IMG/VR virus record: IMGVR_UViG_3300027749_000046
Length of the DNA stretch: 64,000 nt
From: a virus
Reading direction: 5' to 3' (one strand)
Position numbers and translations under genes: made by a program. Shown piece after piece: positions 27,392-38,500 of the stretch (position 1 is its first letter; each line of letters opens with the position of its first letter). The notes beneath the pieces are model-generated. The model ran no database searches and was not told the DNA's origin. It worked only from the letters and a program-made list of their open reading frames with translations.

Positions 27392-28448
27392 TATTAACAT
27401 CCTTCTTAACGCCACCACCTACATAGCTGGTGATCTCAGTTTCTTGTGGAGCTACCTGTACTTCAGCGCCGCTAATCCACTTCTGTGTCCACGGCAGAGG
27501 ATTAGACCCAGTCTTATACGGACAGGAAAGACCAACTGCGGTCATGCGCTTATTTGCTATCCATTCTATATATTCATTTAGTAGAGCCTTATTGAGACCG
27601 ATCATAGAGCCATCTTTGAATAGATAGTTAGCCCATGCTTTCTCTTGGTCGACCGCGTCGATGAACATCTTGATGCACTCTTCTTTAGTTTCATCACGAA
27701 TAATTGCAAAGTCAGGATCATCAGTCGGCAGCACTTTAAGCAGCTGCTGAGTGCCCGCTAGATGAAGGTTCTCATCGCGTGCGATAAGCTTGATGATCTT
27801 GGCATTACCCTCCATCTTCTTCACCTCAGCAAAAGCCCACGAGCATGCAAAGCTGACGTAGAAGCGAACACCCTCGAGAATATTGACTGACATAAGTGTC
27901 AGCCACAATGCTTTCTTATGACCATACCCGCTGTTTGAAACTGATTTGTTATTATATTCAATAAGATCATCATAGTACTTGCTGATGTCACCAGCGCAGT
28001 CTACGATCTCCTTCATGTCCATCATACCGTCGAAGATAACCGACGGATCAGAGTATACGTTCCTAATGATGTGAGTGTAACTGCGTGAGTGGATAGATTC
28101 GCTGAATGCCCACGTAAGAATCCAGTTCTCGAGTTCAGGAAGTGAGCAGATAGGACTGAATGCTGCTGTTGGTGCGCGCCCTTGAACGGAGTCGAGAAGG
28201 ATCTGTCGCTTGAGATTTGAGGTAAAGATGTGCTGCTCATGTGTGGTCAACGCCTTAAAGTCTTTTGCATCGCGATATACGTCGATCTCCTCTGGTCTCC
28301 AGAAGAAGCCGAGCTGCGACTGTGTGAGCTTCTCTAAGAATGGATACTTCTGCTTATCATAACGAGCGATAGTTACAGGATCGTCAAAGAACGCCTTGAC
28401 TTTGGTTGGATCTTTATGATTAGTTGCATCGAATACTGACATCACCAT
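27363..28448 (-). CDS. nrdB: Ribonucleotide reductase class Ia beta subunit
   Basis: FFWRPEE, LLDSVQGR, E-IHSRSY, EGVRFYVSF, RDENLH, VAPQETE motifs. Confidence 0.97.
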   Translation of the reverse strand: MVMSVFDATNHKDPTKVKAFFDDPVTIARYDKQKYPFLEKLTQSQLGFFWRPEEIDVYRDAKDFKALTTHEQHIFTSNLKRQILLDSVQGRAPTAAFSPICSLPELENWILTWAFSESIHSRSYTHIIRNVYSDPSVIFDGMMDMKEIVDCAGDISKYYDDLIEYNNKSVSNSGYGHKKALWLTLMSVNILEGVRFYVSFACSWAFAEVKKMEGNAKIIKLIARDENLHLAGTQQLLKVLPTDDPDFAIIRDETKEECIKMFIDAVDQEKAWANYLFKDGSMIGLNKALLNEYIEWIANKRMTAVGLSCPYKTGSNPLPWTQKWISGAEVQVAPQETEITSYVGGGVKKDVNNETFKNFSL

Positions 28449-28639
28449 CTCCCATCGTCGACATAGATTACGATCTTTAAGAATAGAACTTTAACTACTA
28501 GATCAAGTTTCAGTCCTGGATCCATATCGCTCTGTGTATTAATATGAAAGTAGAATGGCGTCTTTAACCAGTTAAATGGATTTAGAACGAATGTAAGTAT
28601 TATATTAGAGTGCTTTATATAGTTAATTATGTTGTTCAT
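28442..28639 (-). CDS. Hypothetical protein
   Basis: Coupled small ORF between nrdA and nrdB. Confidence 0.55.
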   Translation of the reverse strand: MNNIINYIKHSNIILTFVLNPFNWLKTPFYFHINTQSDMDPGLKLDLVVKVLFLKIVIYVDDGRW

Positions 28640-28830
28640 TTGTTAAACTGCTCCACTAGTGCAATTCTAGATTCCCTGCTGTATCTATTCTCTAGTATGA
28701 GAATAGCTCGTCTGAGCATGCCAACCGCCAGTAGTACGACATCGTCTGCTGTATCGGTCATCATTATCTGCGTCTCAACGGGCAGCATCATCTTTGCTAT
28801 CTTAATTTCCATCTTCTCTTTGTCTGTCAT
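28636..28830 (-). CDS. Hypothetical protein
   Basis: Coupled small ORF. Confidence 0.6.
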   Translation of the reverse strand: MTDKEKMEIKIAKMMLPVETQIMMTDTADDVVLLAVGMLRRAILILENRYSRESRIALVEQFNK

Positions 28831-31109
28831 ATCTTACAGCTCTCGCAATCTTCATCGTCTGTTGCGCCTAGCGCCAGCTCCTGGTGAACGTCGATCTCGC
28901 CGGCCTGATCGTTCGTGTTAAAGTAGTAGAGCTGCTTGCCACCGTATTTATAGAACATCAGGAGATGCTGGAGCATAGTGGACATTGGTATCTGCTCTTC
29001 TGGATAGAACTTAGGGTTGTATGAGGTGTTTACTGATATTCCCTGATCGATAAACTTCTGCAGCACGCTAGCGATCTTAATATATCCTTCTGGGGAAACT
29101 TGGTCCCAAAGAAGATCGTACTTTCTCTTAAGGCGTCTGACTTCTGGTACGACCTGCTTGAGAACGCCGTCTTTGCTCTGCTTAACAGATACGAGAGATC
29201 TAGCAGGTTCGATCCCGTTGGTTGAGTTTGAAATCTGAGCGGAGGTTTCGGCTGGCATGAGCGCCATGAGGGTAGAGTTTCTGATTCCATATTGTTTAGC
29301 CCTTTCACGAAGTAAGTTCCAGTCCAACTTGTAATCTGGATTTACAAGTTCGTCTACTTCTCTCTTATATGTGTCGATAGGCATGATGCCTTGGGAGTAC
29401 TTGGTCTCATTAGACTTAGACGGAGCTCCGACTTCAGCTGCGAGATCAATAGAGGCTTTAATGAGATAGTAAGACCAAGCTTCGGCGTACTCATGTATCT
29501 TCTTTAAACCTTCAGAGCCAATATGCTGATAGCTAAGATCATTGCGAGCCAACCAATAAGCGAGATTAATGATACCCACACCAAGGGGTCTTCGTGCCAT
29601 AGTTGAGTTCCTTGCTGCAAGGACAGGATAGTCCTGATAGCTGAGTAGCTCATCCAGAGCGCGAACGACAAGAGTACAAGGACGCTCAAAGTCATTTGGA
29701 TCTTTAATCTTTCCCCAGTTGATGGCTGCTAGTGTACAGAGCGAGATCTCACCGTTCTCATCGTTTAGATCAGTGAGCGGCTTAGTGGGCAGGTTGATCT
29801 CAGAGCAGAGATTTGACATGCGAATTGGGGCGAGCTCCTTGATGAACGAGCCGTGATCGTTCGCGTGATCGACGTTCTGTAGGTAGATGCGGCCCGTGTC
29901 CTTGCGCTCCTGCATGAACGCAGAGAAGAGATCGATGGCCGACACTACTTTCTTTCTCAGCCTAGTGGAGCGCTCGTACTTCTCATAGAGTTCTTTAAAC
30001 TTTTCCACGTCAGTAAAGAACGCATCATATAGATCTGGTACATCAGAAGGGCTGAACAGGGTAATAGAGCCACCGCTAAGAAGTCGCTCGTACATAATTC
30101 TGTTGAATTGAACGCCGTAGTCAAGATGTCTAACACGATTGTCCTCTGTTCCCTTGTTGTTCTTTAATACGAGGATGTCTTCGACTTCCAGATGCCATAG
30201 AGGATAGTAAAGTGTTGCTGCACCTCCGCGTACGCCTCCCTGACTGCAGCTCTTGACTGCTGACTGAAAGTGCTTATAGAAAGGTATAACACCCGTATGA
30301 GAAGCATCCCCATTTCGAATAGGAGAACCAATAGCCCTAATACGACCAGCTCCAATACCAATGCCGGCTTTTTGAGAAACGTACTTGACGATCGAAGAAG
30401 ACGTTGCATTAATGGAGTCGAGTGAGTCGTCTGTCTCAATAAGAACACACGAACTGAACTGCTTTTGAGGAGTGCGAAGACCCGCCATGATAGGAGTAGG
30501 GAGCGAAATTTCGAAATTAGATACTGCATCGTATAGGTCTCTGATCCACTTTAGTCTGTCTGTCTTATAGTTTCTAAATAGCACCATGGCGATAAGCATC
30601 ATCGCCATCTGTGGTGTCTCATAGTATTTATTAGTCACGCGATTCTTCACTAGATACTTACCGCGGAACTGCTCCATGCCGGCGTACGTGAGGTTGAAGT
30701 CGCGCTTGTGATCGATAAATGCGTTCAACTGAATGAGATCATCGAGGTTGTACCACTTGAGTAAGTCTGGATCGTAGTAACCCGCTGATACCACGTTCTG
30801 TATGTGCTGGTGGAGATGAACTGGATCGTAGTTATTATAAACATTCTTGCGGAGGTGGTAATTGATTAAGTTTCCGGCTACGTACTGGTAGTTTGGTGTT
30901 TCCTCGCTGATTAGGTCCGCTGAGGCCTTGATGAGAGTCTCTTGGATATCACTAGTCTTGATGCCGTTGTAGAACTGGATCTGAGACCTAAGCTCGATCT
31001 CGCTCTCAGAAACGCCGGTGATATCCTCGCAAGCCCACGCTACAACCTTGTGGAATTTATCTAAGTCGAGAGGCTCGCGCTCTCCGTTCCTCTTTAGTAC
31101 GTTGATCAT
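28827..31109 (-). CDS. nrdA: Ribonucleotide reductase class Ia alpha subunit
   Basis: ATP cone, QFSSCVL, SNLCSEI, MPAETS, C-terminal CESCKI. Confidence 0.97.
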   Translation of the reverse strand: MINVLKRNGEREPLDLDKFHKVVAWACEDITGVSESEIELRSQIQFYNGIKTSDIQETLIKASADLISEETPNYQYVAGNLINYHLRKNVYNNYDPVHLHQHIQNVVSAGYYDPDLLKWYNLDDLIQLNAFIDHKRDFNLTYAGMEQFRGKYLVKNRVTNKYYETPQMAMMLIAMVLFRNYKTDRLKWIRDLYDAVSNFEISLPTPIMAGLRTPQKQFSSCVLIETDDSLDSINATSSSIVKYVSQKAGIGIGAGRIRAIGSPIRNGDASHTGVIPFYKHFQSAVKSCSQGGVRGGAATLYYPLWHLEVEDILVLKNNKGTEDNRVRHLDYGVQFNRIMYERLLSGGSITLFSPSDVPDLYDAFFTDVEKFKELYEKYERSTRLRKKVVSAIDLFSAFMQERKDTGRIYLQNVDHANDHGSFIKELAPIRMSNLCSEINLPTKPLTDLNDENGEISLCTLAAINWGKIKDPNDFERPCTLVVRALDELLSYQDYPVLAARNSTMARRPLGVGIINLAYWLARNDLSYQHIGSEGLKKIHEYAEAWSYYLIKASIDLAAEVGAPSKSNETKYSQGIMPIDTYKREVDELVNPDYKLDWNLLRERAKQYGIRNSTLMALMPAETSAQISNSTNGIEPARSLVSVKQSKDGVLKQVVPEVRRLKRKYDLLWDQVSPEGYIKIASVLQKFIDQGISVNTSYNPKFYPEEQIPMSTMLQHLLMFYKYGGKQLYYFNTNDQAGEIDVHQELALGATDDEDCESCKI

Positions 31110-31121
31110 TATTGTTCTTTC

Positions 31122-31775
31122 TTATAGTTCTAGTGAGTCCCGAAGTGAGGGGAAGTATTGTGTTATCTGGTACCACGCGTCTGTTGCTATCGCCCTGTGC
31201 TCTTTCTGCGTGCCGCTAGCCATGCGTAGCTCGCAGTAGTGTATCCAACTTCTAAGAGAACCAGCCATATAAAGACGAGAGACAGTAAGGCCTTCTGGCA
31301 GAACTGCACGAGCTTGTTCTTTTGCAATACCATTACGAATTGCCCATTCATATTCTTTTTGTGCATATTCAATTACTATCTTTTGACGCTCATTCCAACC
31401 GTGTTTGAGCTCTGGATCGTCTTTAACTTCAATCGAGTTCTGTCTGTTTTTTGGATCTTGCAAACGGGCCTCACGAGTGACGAACCCGAGGTCGCTGGTC
31501 GGATCTGCATAGCGCTGACTGAACTCCTGGAATGAGAATGAACGATGACGTAGGATCTGACGAGCGATGTCGCGAGTCGTATTTATCTCCATGGTAATGT
31601 GAACCATCTCAAATGGAGACCAGTGCTTGTTCTTTATGAGATACTTGAGGAGCTTCTGAGAGGTCTCCCTGTTGTTCTGATTGGATGGGTTGGATACCCG
31701 CGCGACGTAGGCTATGAAGTCGTCTACGTCCATATTGAGTGGTCTAGTTAAAGCAATGATATCAGCTGTGTTCAT
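31122..31775 (-). CDS. thyX: Flavin-dependent thymidylate synthase
   Basis: HWSPFE, RHRSFSFQEFSQRY, EQAR-VLP, TQKEHR motifs. Confidence 0.96.
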   Translation of the reverse strand: MNTADIIALTRPLNMDVDDFIAYVARVSNPSNQNNRETSQKLLKYLIKNKHWSPFEMVHITMEINTTRDIARQILRHRSFSFQEFSQRYADPTSDLGFVTREARLQDPKNRQNSIEVKDDPELKHGWNERQKIVIEYAQKEYEWAIRNGIAKEQARAVLPEGLTVSRLYMAGSLRSWIHYCELRMASGTQKEHRAIATDAWYQITQYFPSLRDSLEL

Positions 31776-31810
31776 CTTGTCTCTCTTGAATAGTTCTAAT
31801 TGCAAGCTCA

Positions 31811-32845
31811 CTAAGCCCTCCTCCACCTCTGCAGCGCCATCTTAGCCTGCAGGTCCCTGTAAGTATTCTGGTCTATTATATACCGAATGAAGTCGGATGT
31901 CAACCCCGCCATCACCATGTCGTTGATGTCCTTGTGCTCGAGGTTCTCAGGCCAGATGCAGACACCGTAGCCCTGCATGATCGCCTTGTCGATCTTCTTT
32001 ATCGTATCGACCGACCTAGGCTCGTTGTCGTACACCACTACCAAGGAAGACTTATGTACGGATAGAAGAGTACCGAGAGCAGAAACAAGATCACCGCCAG
32101 CAGTAGCAATACTATTAGGGATAAACATAGAATCAATTGGACCCTCCATCACGTAAGTCGTCTTATCGAAGTTGACGGTGTCGAGCCCATAGACCTTGGG
32201 CTGCGTGTCATCTACCACTATTGTTATATATTTGGTCTTGGACTTAGGGTTCATAGAGCGCCCCTGGAACGCATGCATCTTCTGGTCTCTATTTAAGAAT
32301 GGAATAAGGAGTCTGGTCTCATCGCGCTCTAGTACAGAACCCTCGAACTTACCAGGTATGATCTCATTGGACCATGCAAAGAAGTTAGTGCACTTGAACA
32401 GCTTTGCATGATATGGATTAGGGATATTACGATCTACAACGTACTTCTTCATACTGTCGTCAGGAGACAGCTGACTGATCTTCTTGAGGCCCTTGAACGG
32501 GCTGGACTTCATGAAAACTGGAGGCTTCATCTTCTTGACAAAGTCCTCGAGATCTACCTGCTGAGGTGACTTCTCCTCGCGCATCTTCTCCATAACGTAC
32601 TCGTTGTAGAGAGACTGGTCTATAGACCTGATGAAGTTGGGAACGTTGGTGGATACGCTGCAGTTGAAGCAGTGGTACGTGAGTCTACCCTTGGTCGTGT
32701 AGATATTGCCTCTGGCCTTGCGCTTGTCAGTCTGACTGTCGCCGCATACTGGACACGAGAAGTTGTACCTGCCAGATCCCTTCCGCTTGAAGTTCCTCAG
32801 TCTACCGGATACCAATCCTATGTACTTCTCTTCTAACCAACTCAT
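31811..32845 (-). CDS. gp61: DNA primase gp61
   Basis: CPVCGDS and CFNC zinc finger, EGPIDSMF, DNEPR, KDINDM motifs. Confidence 0.95.
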   Translation of the reverse strand: MSWLEEKYIGLVSGRLRNFKRKGSGRYNFSCPVCGDSQTDKRKARGNIYTTKGRLTYHCFNCSVSTNVPNFIRSIDQSLYNEYVMEKMREEKSPQQVDLEDFVKKMKPPVFMKSSPFKGLKKISQLSPDDSMKKYVVDRNIPNPYHAKLFKCTNFFAWSNEIIPGKFEGSVLERDETRLLIPFLNRDQKMHAFQGRSMNPKSKTKYITIVVDDTQPKVYGLDTVNFDKTTYVMEGPIDSMFIPNSIATAGGDLVSALGTLLSVHKSSLVVVYDNEPRSVDTIKKIDKAIMQGYGVCIWPENLEHKDINDMVMAGLTSDFIRYIIDQNTYRDLQAKMALQRWRRA

Positions 32846-32919
32846 TCAACGTATCCTATTCTCACTGACCATAGTATGATTATACCACAGTCAGAAAAAA
32901 TGTACACTGTTATTTTTGG

Positions 32920-33327
32920 CTAGTGCACTAGTATTTTGAAATAGTTTGCTAAGTATGACAGTACCCAAGTTATCGTGATACCACCTCCAATAGCCATCCA
33001 GATGTATCTCTCCATCTGGGTTATTCTCTCGTTCAACTTGCTATGTTGAGAAGTCGATTCCTCGCGGAGCTTCTTGATCTCATCTATAATACCATTATCT
33101 TGAGATCTCATGGTGTTGTATACCCCGTCTATCTTACTGTCTAGATCCCTGCGTCTCTGTTCTACCAGTTCTTCTATATAGTCGTGGTGCTTCTCGTGCT
33201 GACCTAGTCTCTGCTCGTGGACCGCGAGCATCTGCTTTATATCTACTGACACCTCGGTTAGACGCTCTATTACGCTTTCCATTCTATCTATTCTCGGATT
33301 TACTACGTCTAGAACTTGAATTGTCAT
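32920..33327 (-). CDS. Coiled-coil protein with a C-terminal TM helix
   Basis: LAVHEQRL, ER-W-GG followed by a TM segment. Confidence 0.65.
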   Translation of the reverse strand: MTIQVLDVVNPRIDRMESVIERLTEVSVDIKQMLAVHEQRLGQHEKHHDYIEELVEQRRRDLDSKIDGVYNTMRSQDNGIIDEIKKLREESTSQHSKLNERITQMERYIWMAIGGGITITWVLSYLANYFKILVH

Positions 33328-33495
33328 GTCATGATCCTACTGGTAGCTGTCGCTTTAGTATCACGCGAAGAGGCTGCTTTTTCTTCTGAAGTGGCTTGAG
33401 AAGTAGAGGATCAAATGTCTGTATCGGGCCCGATGTAGAACTCGAAGGACCCATTTGATTTGCTGGTACTACAGCGCCGTCTTCTTCTTTAATCA

Positions 33496-33885
33496 TCAGA
33501 TATTCCTTAGTACTCTAATTACATTCTCATCCATGACTATGGCATCAGTGCTTATGATCGCCTCATCTCCTACATTATATATCTTTTCAGGAAGAACATT
33601 GAGTAGAATCAAGAAAGGCTTGATATATGTCATCTGCTTCTTGACTTTCAAGTATAGTATCTTGCAGAGGTACTCTGGAGCAAATACATTGCTGAGCACT
33701 ATCAGGTGATTCAGTATGAGTCTCTCTTTAAGCTCACCGGTATCTATGTATCTCGTTATCAGCTTCTTGATGTACTTTATTCGCTTTAAGTCCTCGAGAA
33801 ACTCCTCTGTGGAATTCAACTGAGGATTATCGTAGTGCTTTGCGCAGTATATCAAGAAGTTATCATCAGTCAATTTTTCACTCAT
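33496..33885 (-). CDS. Conserved T4-like hypothetical protein
   Basis: NF-Y-KHYDNP, EF-EDLKR-KY, RLILNHLI motifs. Confidence 0.8.
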   Translation of the reverse strand: MSEKLTDDNFLIYCAKHYDNPQLNSTEEFLEDLKRIKYIKKLITRYIDTGELKERLILNHLIVLSNVFAPEYLCKILYLKVKKQMTYIKPFLILLNVLPEKIYNVGDEAIISTDAIVMDENVIRVLRNI

Positions 33886-34241
33886 GCCCAGCTATTAATA
33901 GCAGCCCTCGCCCATGTGTTTGCGGCTATACAAACATATATGTAGTTTGTATCAAAGGCAATCTGACCTGTTTTACCAACCGATGTGCTATTTGATGGAG
34001 CCGCTTTGTTTAGATTTACGCTCAGAAAACCAGAACTGGTGTTTATGTATAAATTATCGCCAACTATAACAGTTCCTCTTGTATTAGAAGAAGCATATGG
34101 CAGAGAGTTTGCTAAGTTAGTGAGAGCTATAGTGCGCGCAGACGCGCTGCCGCTGGCATTGGCTAGTATAACTAGCCTGTCTGTGCCAGCAGCAGAGTTC
34201 GTCGTCGGAAGTGCCGATAACTTCTTCTGGTCGTTTGCCAT
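33882..34241 (-). CDS. Putative virion fibre/decoration protein
   Basis: KKLSAL-T and P-S-S-G-GQIA-D-NYIYVC-ANTW-R motifs. Confidence 0.65.
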   Translation of the reverse strand: MANDQKKLSALPTTNSAAGTDRLVILANASGSASARTIALTNLANSLPYASSNTRGTVIVGDNLYINTSSGFLSVNLNKAAPSNSTSVGKTGQIAFDTNYIYVCIAANTWARAAINSWA

Positions 34242-34257
34242 TATTTAACTCCTTCTA

Positions 34258-35253
34258 TCAGGAGTCTAGGAAGATAACGTCTTCCGCATCAGCAGTCGTA
34301 GCAGGAGCTGCACCAGCTTGAATACCGGTCTGAGCACCAAGAGATCCCATGGCAACTAGAACTTCATAGTGTACACGTCCGGCGCGGCCGCCAGAACCTT
34401 CTGTACGAAGAACCCAACCGGCATGCGCGACGCCATTGTTCTTTCCGCCGCCGACTGTTACGTCACCAACTGCTGTATCTCCTTGAATCGTATGTACCTC
34501 ACCGGTAGCCGTAGTTCTAGCGTCGGTGATGTCAATATTAGCTCCACCCTTTGCTGTCGCGAGGGCGATAGTAGTGGTGTTTGCGAATGAGACATAGTAG
34601 TACGTATTACCCGAGAGAGGAGCAATTGGCGTATTGCTCGTAGGAACTGCGTAGTACAGTCTATCGCCAACCTGCCACTTTGAGTTGGCGGTTGATACTG
34701 CGATTGTGTCAGTGGTATTGCTGAATCCGACTGAGTTGGCCGTGATGTTGATAGCAGCAGGAGCCGCTATAGTGATATTTGGAGGGCTGATGTATCCAGA
34801 GCCAGCAGTTGAGATGTTAAGCTGCGTGATCTTACCTGCAAGCGTAGTTGAGTTTGCGAAGGCGTTTACTACACCAGACGATCCACCCTGCACTACTGTT
34901 ACTGTAACCGCAGCGTTCGCGCCGTATCCCGAACCAGAAGATACTACGATGGCTGTAGCGAGACCACCTGAGTTTATTCCGGCCTCGATAACATCTACGC
35001 CAAAGGCTCCAACAGCCTTACCTGGTATGAATGCGCTCTGTGTAGTATTGCCAAACATAGTGGAATCTACGGCAGCGCGTGAGCCCGCCGAGGTATTACC
35101 ATAGTGAGCATTTGCCCCATCGACGCGTACTGATGTATTTCCGCCGCCAGCCTTGACGAGCGTGTTTATTCCAATCGGACAACCATTAGATGTCTCCTTG
35201 GTAGTTGTACTATTGGCAGTGACCGCCTGGTCGTTTCTACCCCATTGTGCCAT
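34258..35253 (-). CDS. Virion structural protein
   Basis: GSGY repeats; C-terminal HAGWV-R-GRAGRV-EVLVAM motif. Confidence 0.7.
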   Translation of the reverse strand: MAQWGRNDQAVTANSTTTKETSNGCPIGINTLVKAGGGNTSVRVDGANAHYGNTSAGSRAAVDSTMFGNTTQSAFIPGKAVGAFGVDVIEAGINSGGLATAIVVSSGSGYGANAAVTVTVVQGGSSGVVNAFANSTTLAGKITQLNISTAGSGYISPPNITIAAPAAINITANSVGFSNTTDTIAVSTANSKWQVGDRLYYAVPTSNTPIAPLSGNTYYYVSFANTTTIALATAKGGANIDITDARTTATGEVHTIQGDTAVGDVTVGGGKNNGVAHAGWVLRTEGSGGRAGRVHYEVLVAMGSLGAQTGIQAGAAPATTADAEDVIFLDS

Positions 35254-35290
35254 CTTAGTGTTCTCCTTGTAAGAATAAGCTTTTGATTAT

Positions 35291-35515
35291 TTATTCATCA
35301 TCGAGGGTTAACATATCGAGAAGATACTGTGATTTCTTACCTATTGGCTTTACTTTACCATTGACAATCAACACGTGATCTTCAGAAGCACTCGAGCTAG
35401 AATTCTCGCGATTCTTGATGAAGTCGCTTGTATTCTTTGCTCGAGCCTGCTGCTCTATTAGTCTTGCCATCTCGTCTGCAGAGATGTTATTCGCACTACC
35501 GATAGATATAGCCAT
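35291..35515 (-). CDS. Hypothetical protein
   Basis: ORF in the late operon. Confidence 0.6.
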   Translation of the reverse strand: MAISIGSANNISADEMARLIEQQARAKNTSDFIKNRENSSSSASEDHVLIVNGKVKPIGKKSQYLLDMLTLDDE

Positions 35516-35517
35516 TT

Positions 35518-38500
35518 TTATCTCTTGCTACCGCCTAGAGATACCCTAGGCTTAGGCGCGTACGACTTGCCGGTGATCATCGACTTAAATCCGCGCTCTA
35601 CTGCGTCCTTCATCTCAGCGCCCTGTGCCGCGTGATAGCTGCCTAGGAACTTCTGAACGTGCTTCAGGTGAACCTTATGCTTCTCGCCGTCGATATCTAG
35701 AGTGAGGTGACCGTTGTTGTCTGGCTTCTTGTCGCTGATCTGAGCTACGAGGTTAGCCCTATTCTCCGATGGAGTATCACCGTCTTCCGACTTTGCCTTC
35801 TTAGGACGACCTTTGCCGCGCTTGGCTTCTTCTTCCTCGATGAACTTTGCGAGAAGAGAGATAGAATTGTGTGACTCGTTCGCTAGTTTTTCAAAATCGC
35901 TCTGTGACATTGATTGTCCCTTATTTGCCCTGTACTTGGCGGTACCGCCTGTTGTGTATTTACTGGTGTCTGAACTTGGATACGTGTCTGTCATCTGCGG
36001 AGTATTAACAGACTTACCCTTTACCATATTTAATTTATTAGCGGCATACTGTCTCTCTGCCGCAGCTAGAGTATCACCGTCAGAATCTTCTTTTACAATT
36101 CTTAAGTTTTCTTTAGGAAATTGAGATGATCTGTCACCATGATATACTGTATAGTATAGTTTTTTACTTCCAGGTATACCACGATGAATTTTACCAACAG
36201 TACCTTTTTTACCGTGGAGGCTACTGCCAGGATTATGTATTGTAACTTCATTGCCTAATTTGAATGCTGATTTAATTGCTTCGTCGAGAGTTTCTTCTTT
36301 ATGAAGCAGCCTGAAGTCTTTAGCGTCAATCTTACCGTTATGATTCTTGTCGAGCTTATACTGCTTACCGACGAGCTTCTTCTCATCGCTGATGTCATAG
36401 CGAGCGGTGCTGTTGGTTGGGTTCTCTCCGCTCTGGTCGCCTTTCTCGCCGGCTTGATTGCCGATAGTCGGCCTGTTCATCGGGAGCTTCATTGACTTCT
36501 TTGCCTCAGCGAGAGAAGCAAAGTGAGCTAGCTCGTCCGCCGTGAAGATAATGCTCTCATTTGTATCCGTATCGTCTTCAGCGTCAGGATATATATCTTT
36601 GGCTTTTGCTCTATATTCAGGTTTTTTCTTGAAATAATCTTTGACATCACCAGCAGTGCGACCAGGATCTTGTTTATCTCTATTTTGATCTTTATTAACT
36701 AAGCCTGCAACTGTCGTTGAAAGTCTTGGCTTAGTTTGAGGGGCAACAGACGGGGTAGTATCTGGCTTAGATGCTGGCTTAGAGTCCGGAACTTCAGATG
36801 GGCGAGTACCCGATGATACACCCGGATTCTTTGGCTCAGCTGGCTTAGAGTCTGGAACTTCAGATGGACGAGTACCTGACGATACACCTGGATTAGCTGG
36901 CTCGTCTACGCTCTTTGGATTGCTGACGTACTTCTCGCCGGCGACGTTTGTCTGGTATTCTTTACCTTTATATGTGAACTTACCACCTGCGCCGCCGGCT
37001 TTCTTACGAGCTGAAGCGAATGCACTGCCGAAGCTGTCGTCCTCATGCATGAGGTTGATCTTCTCGATAAGATCTAGCTCGCCTGCGCCGAGAACCGACT
37101 CGATGGTATTCATGCCGGTATCGGCGCCGCCGTATCCCTTGCCAGCCGGTGGGTTCATACCGCCTTGGTTTGAATCAATATTGGCGTTCTTGTCCTTCGG
37201 CTTCTTCGGAGGAAGAGGCACGCTGCTCGATGCGGTATCTTTTGGTCTTACTGGTGGTAGTGGAACTGTTGCCATCTTTGCATCTTCCTTATAAAAACTT
37301 AGGGTTTTGTTAATGTCTTTTCCAAATCTCTTGCGATCTTCTGGTGAGATGATAGTATTAAAGTAGTCTGAAGCGTCTTTTCTGGTTGCTGTTCCAGCTT
37401 TGCTCTTGTCTAGTAGATCTTTAGTAGCAGCAGAAGCAGCTTGTGCCTGCTCAGGTGTCTTACCTGCAGACTTACTGACCGCGCTCATTACATCGGGCAT
37501 CTTATCTAGAGCGGAAGATAGCTTCTTTACTGGATCTTGATCGTCTTGACTGTCATTATTATCACCGGCGTGAAGGTTCATCTTGCGCGTAGAGCTCTGC
37601 TTCTCGAGCTCGCGACGACGGCTGAGTGCCGCTCTCATCTTTGATTGAATACCAGTGCCTATGTTTCCGAAGTGAATTTCCTGCTCGTCGATCTCAGAGT
37701 CCTCTTTGTTTAGTCTCTTTGCGGCCTGAAGGGATACCCTAACGTTCTTCTTCAAGTCAGCTGGATCGTAATTTCTGTTATTGAGAACTCCGCCGTCACC
37801 CATAGAGGACATAATGTGGTGGTCGGCACGGGCCTGTACTTGCTTGAGAGCGTTCTTTCCAGCTGGAGTATTGCCGACTTCGTCGAGCTGCTCAGCTTCT
37901 TCTTTCTGTATCTCCTTGTTGAAGATACCCTGGTCCTTGAAGATCTTCTTGCTCTTTGCAGGCGACTTGTCTGTCTCGGTATCTCTATCGACTGTCTTTG
38001 GATGGATATCAATCTCAGTTACCCCACCCTTAACAGCGCGAGCTGAATGAAGACTTTGATCGCCGCCCTTAACTTCATTGACTCTCGTGTTGATTTGGCT
38101 AATTTCTTCTTTTGAAAAGATTTTTCTATTGAAGTTACCAAAGAATTTATCGACTGGGCCCTGATCATTTGGACCAATACCTATTTTTGAAGCACCCTGT
38201 GGTATAGAAACTGGATCTGAAGTGCTTGAAGTGGGTAGCGATACAGGAACTGAAGCCTGAGATGTTTTCTTAGCAAGCATACTAGCTTTATCTTTATCTA
38301 ACATTCCCTGGATGCGATCGCCCTGTGCTTTAAAATCAGCACCAAAATTATCGTCTTCTTTTTCTAGTTTTCTTGTATTGGCTTCATTTACAGACATCGG
38401 TCCATCATTTTCTGAACCAAGATCTCTATATTTTTGTGTGGTGCTTCTGTGAAATTTTTCTGCATCAGATGCATTCTTAAATTTGAACGCAACGCCCTTA

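Noticed and set aside
27363-31109. Introns or inteins in nrdA/nrdB (also checked gp41 and gp43)
   Set aside because: Proteins are of normal length and uninterrupted; the small ORFs between nrdA and nrdB lack endonuclease motifs
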